This document shows, in pieces, positions 63,698 through 64,000 of a stretch of DNA of 64,000 bases. A program made the position numbers and the translations under genes. The stretch comes from Terriglobales bacterium (lineage in GTDB: Bacteria; Acidobacteriota; Terriglobia; Terriglobales; SCQP01), in NCBI GenBank assembly GCA_035573035.1, contig DATNAC010000087.1:2157-66156 (forward strand). Reading direction: 5' to 3'. Each line of letters opens with the position of its first letter. Position 1 is the stretch's first letter. A model generated the notes under the pieces. It saw only the letters and a list, made by a program, of their open reading frames with translations. It searched no databases and was not told the DNA's origin.

Positions 63698-64000
63698 TTA
63701 CGCGCTCCCCTCTCCCGCCTGACAGAAAGCCGCGAGTTCGTCCGCCAGATTGGCGCTCAGCGTATGCGATCCCGCCTGGATTCGCACTCCGGCGAGCAAC
63801 GTCGCATCCACCGTGCAGTGCAAGGCGGCGGGAGCGGCGCCAAGGCTGGCCAGACCGCCGCTCAGAGCCGCCTCCTGGGCGCCATGCAGCGGATAGGCGC
63901 TGGCCAACTCCACCACGGTCGCGGGCGCATGGCGCAGGGCGTCGCCCTGTGGCGGCGGCAACCGCGCCAAGTCCTCAAGCAGCATGCCGATCAGCCGGTC
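63698..64000 (-). CDS. F-type ATPase delta (OSCP)-like C-terminus, possibly a b/delta fusion (5' part outside the window)
   Basis: The reading frame stays open to the window edge. The C-terminus VVELASAYPLHGAQEAALSGGLASLG...VDATLLAGVRIQAGSHTLSANLADELAAF resembles the OSCP C-terminal pattern (vD.sLiGG..i..g....D.S....L). Confidence 0.55.
   Translation of the reverse strand, partial: DRLIGMLLEDLARLPPPQGDALRHAPATVVELASAYPLHGAQEAALSGGLASLGAAPAALHCTVDATLLAGVRIQAGSHTLSANLADELAAFCQAGEGSA

Overview
High-GC (about two thirds G+C) bacterial chromosomal segment, densely coding, with many 1-4 nt start/stop overlaps. The two CarboxypepD_reg-type TonB-dependent receptors and the heavy use of sigma-54 activators are reminiscent of Acidobacteriota-like genomes, but the taxon cannot be established from sequence alone. 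By eye I found no rRNA, tRNA, CRISPR array, transposase or phage genes.

Housekeeping blocks:
- xerC-trmFO-fabI
- fdxA and a uracil-DNA glycosylase
- pepP-accB-accC-thiE plus two APC permeases
- trxB, cyclophilin, rhomboid protease
- M23 peptidase, pgsA, a GNAT acetyltransferase

Accessory-looking blocks, most interesting first:
1. 53.6-64.0 kb: a stress/dormancy-type island. It holds two tandem-USP proteins, a BON protein, two DUF2934-Hsp20 fusions, an ADP-forming acetyl-CoA synthetase, an unknown membrane protein and a small zinc-ribbon ORF. It ends in the b/delta-like, alpha and gamma tail of an alternate (N-type-like) F-ATPase operon. Four adjacent transcription units each carry a close match to the sigma-54 -24/-12 consensus 24-39 nt before the start codon.
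2. 38.4-53.4 kb: a GntR-HyuA-HyuB operon divergent from a tightly coupled operon of a TonB-dependent receptor, a 1486-aa M14-like protein, an MFS transporter and a DUF2891-like lipoprotein.
3. 13.9-16.3 kb: a sigma-54 activator translationally coupled to a REC-like/DHp-like protein whose H-box histidine is replaced.
4. 5.0-11.6 kb: a second sigma-54 two-component operon divergent from a sigma-54-type promoter in front of an unusual OmpA-family protein.

Several non-coding repeat families are visible: a tandem 94-bp-period repeat, a dispersed 41-43 nt repeat, and two long nested inverted-repeat elements that each include a gene's stop codon. Many long ORFs in the supplied track are antisense shadows typical of high-GC DNA and were rejected.
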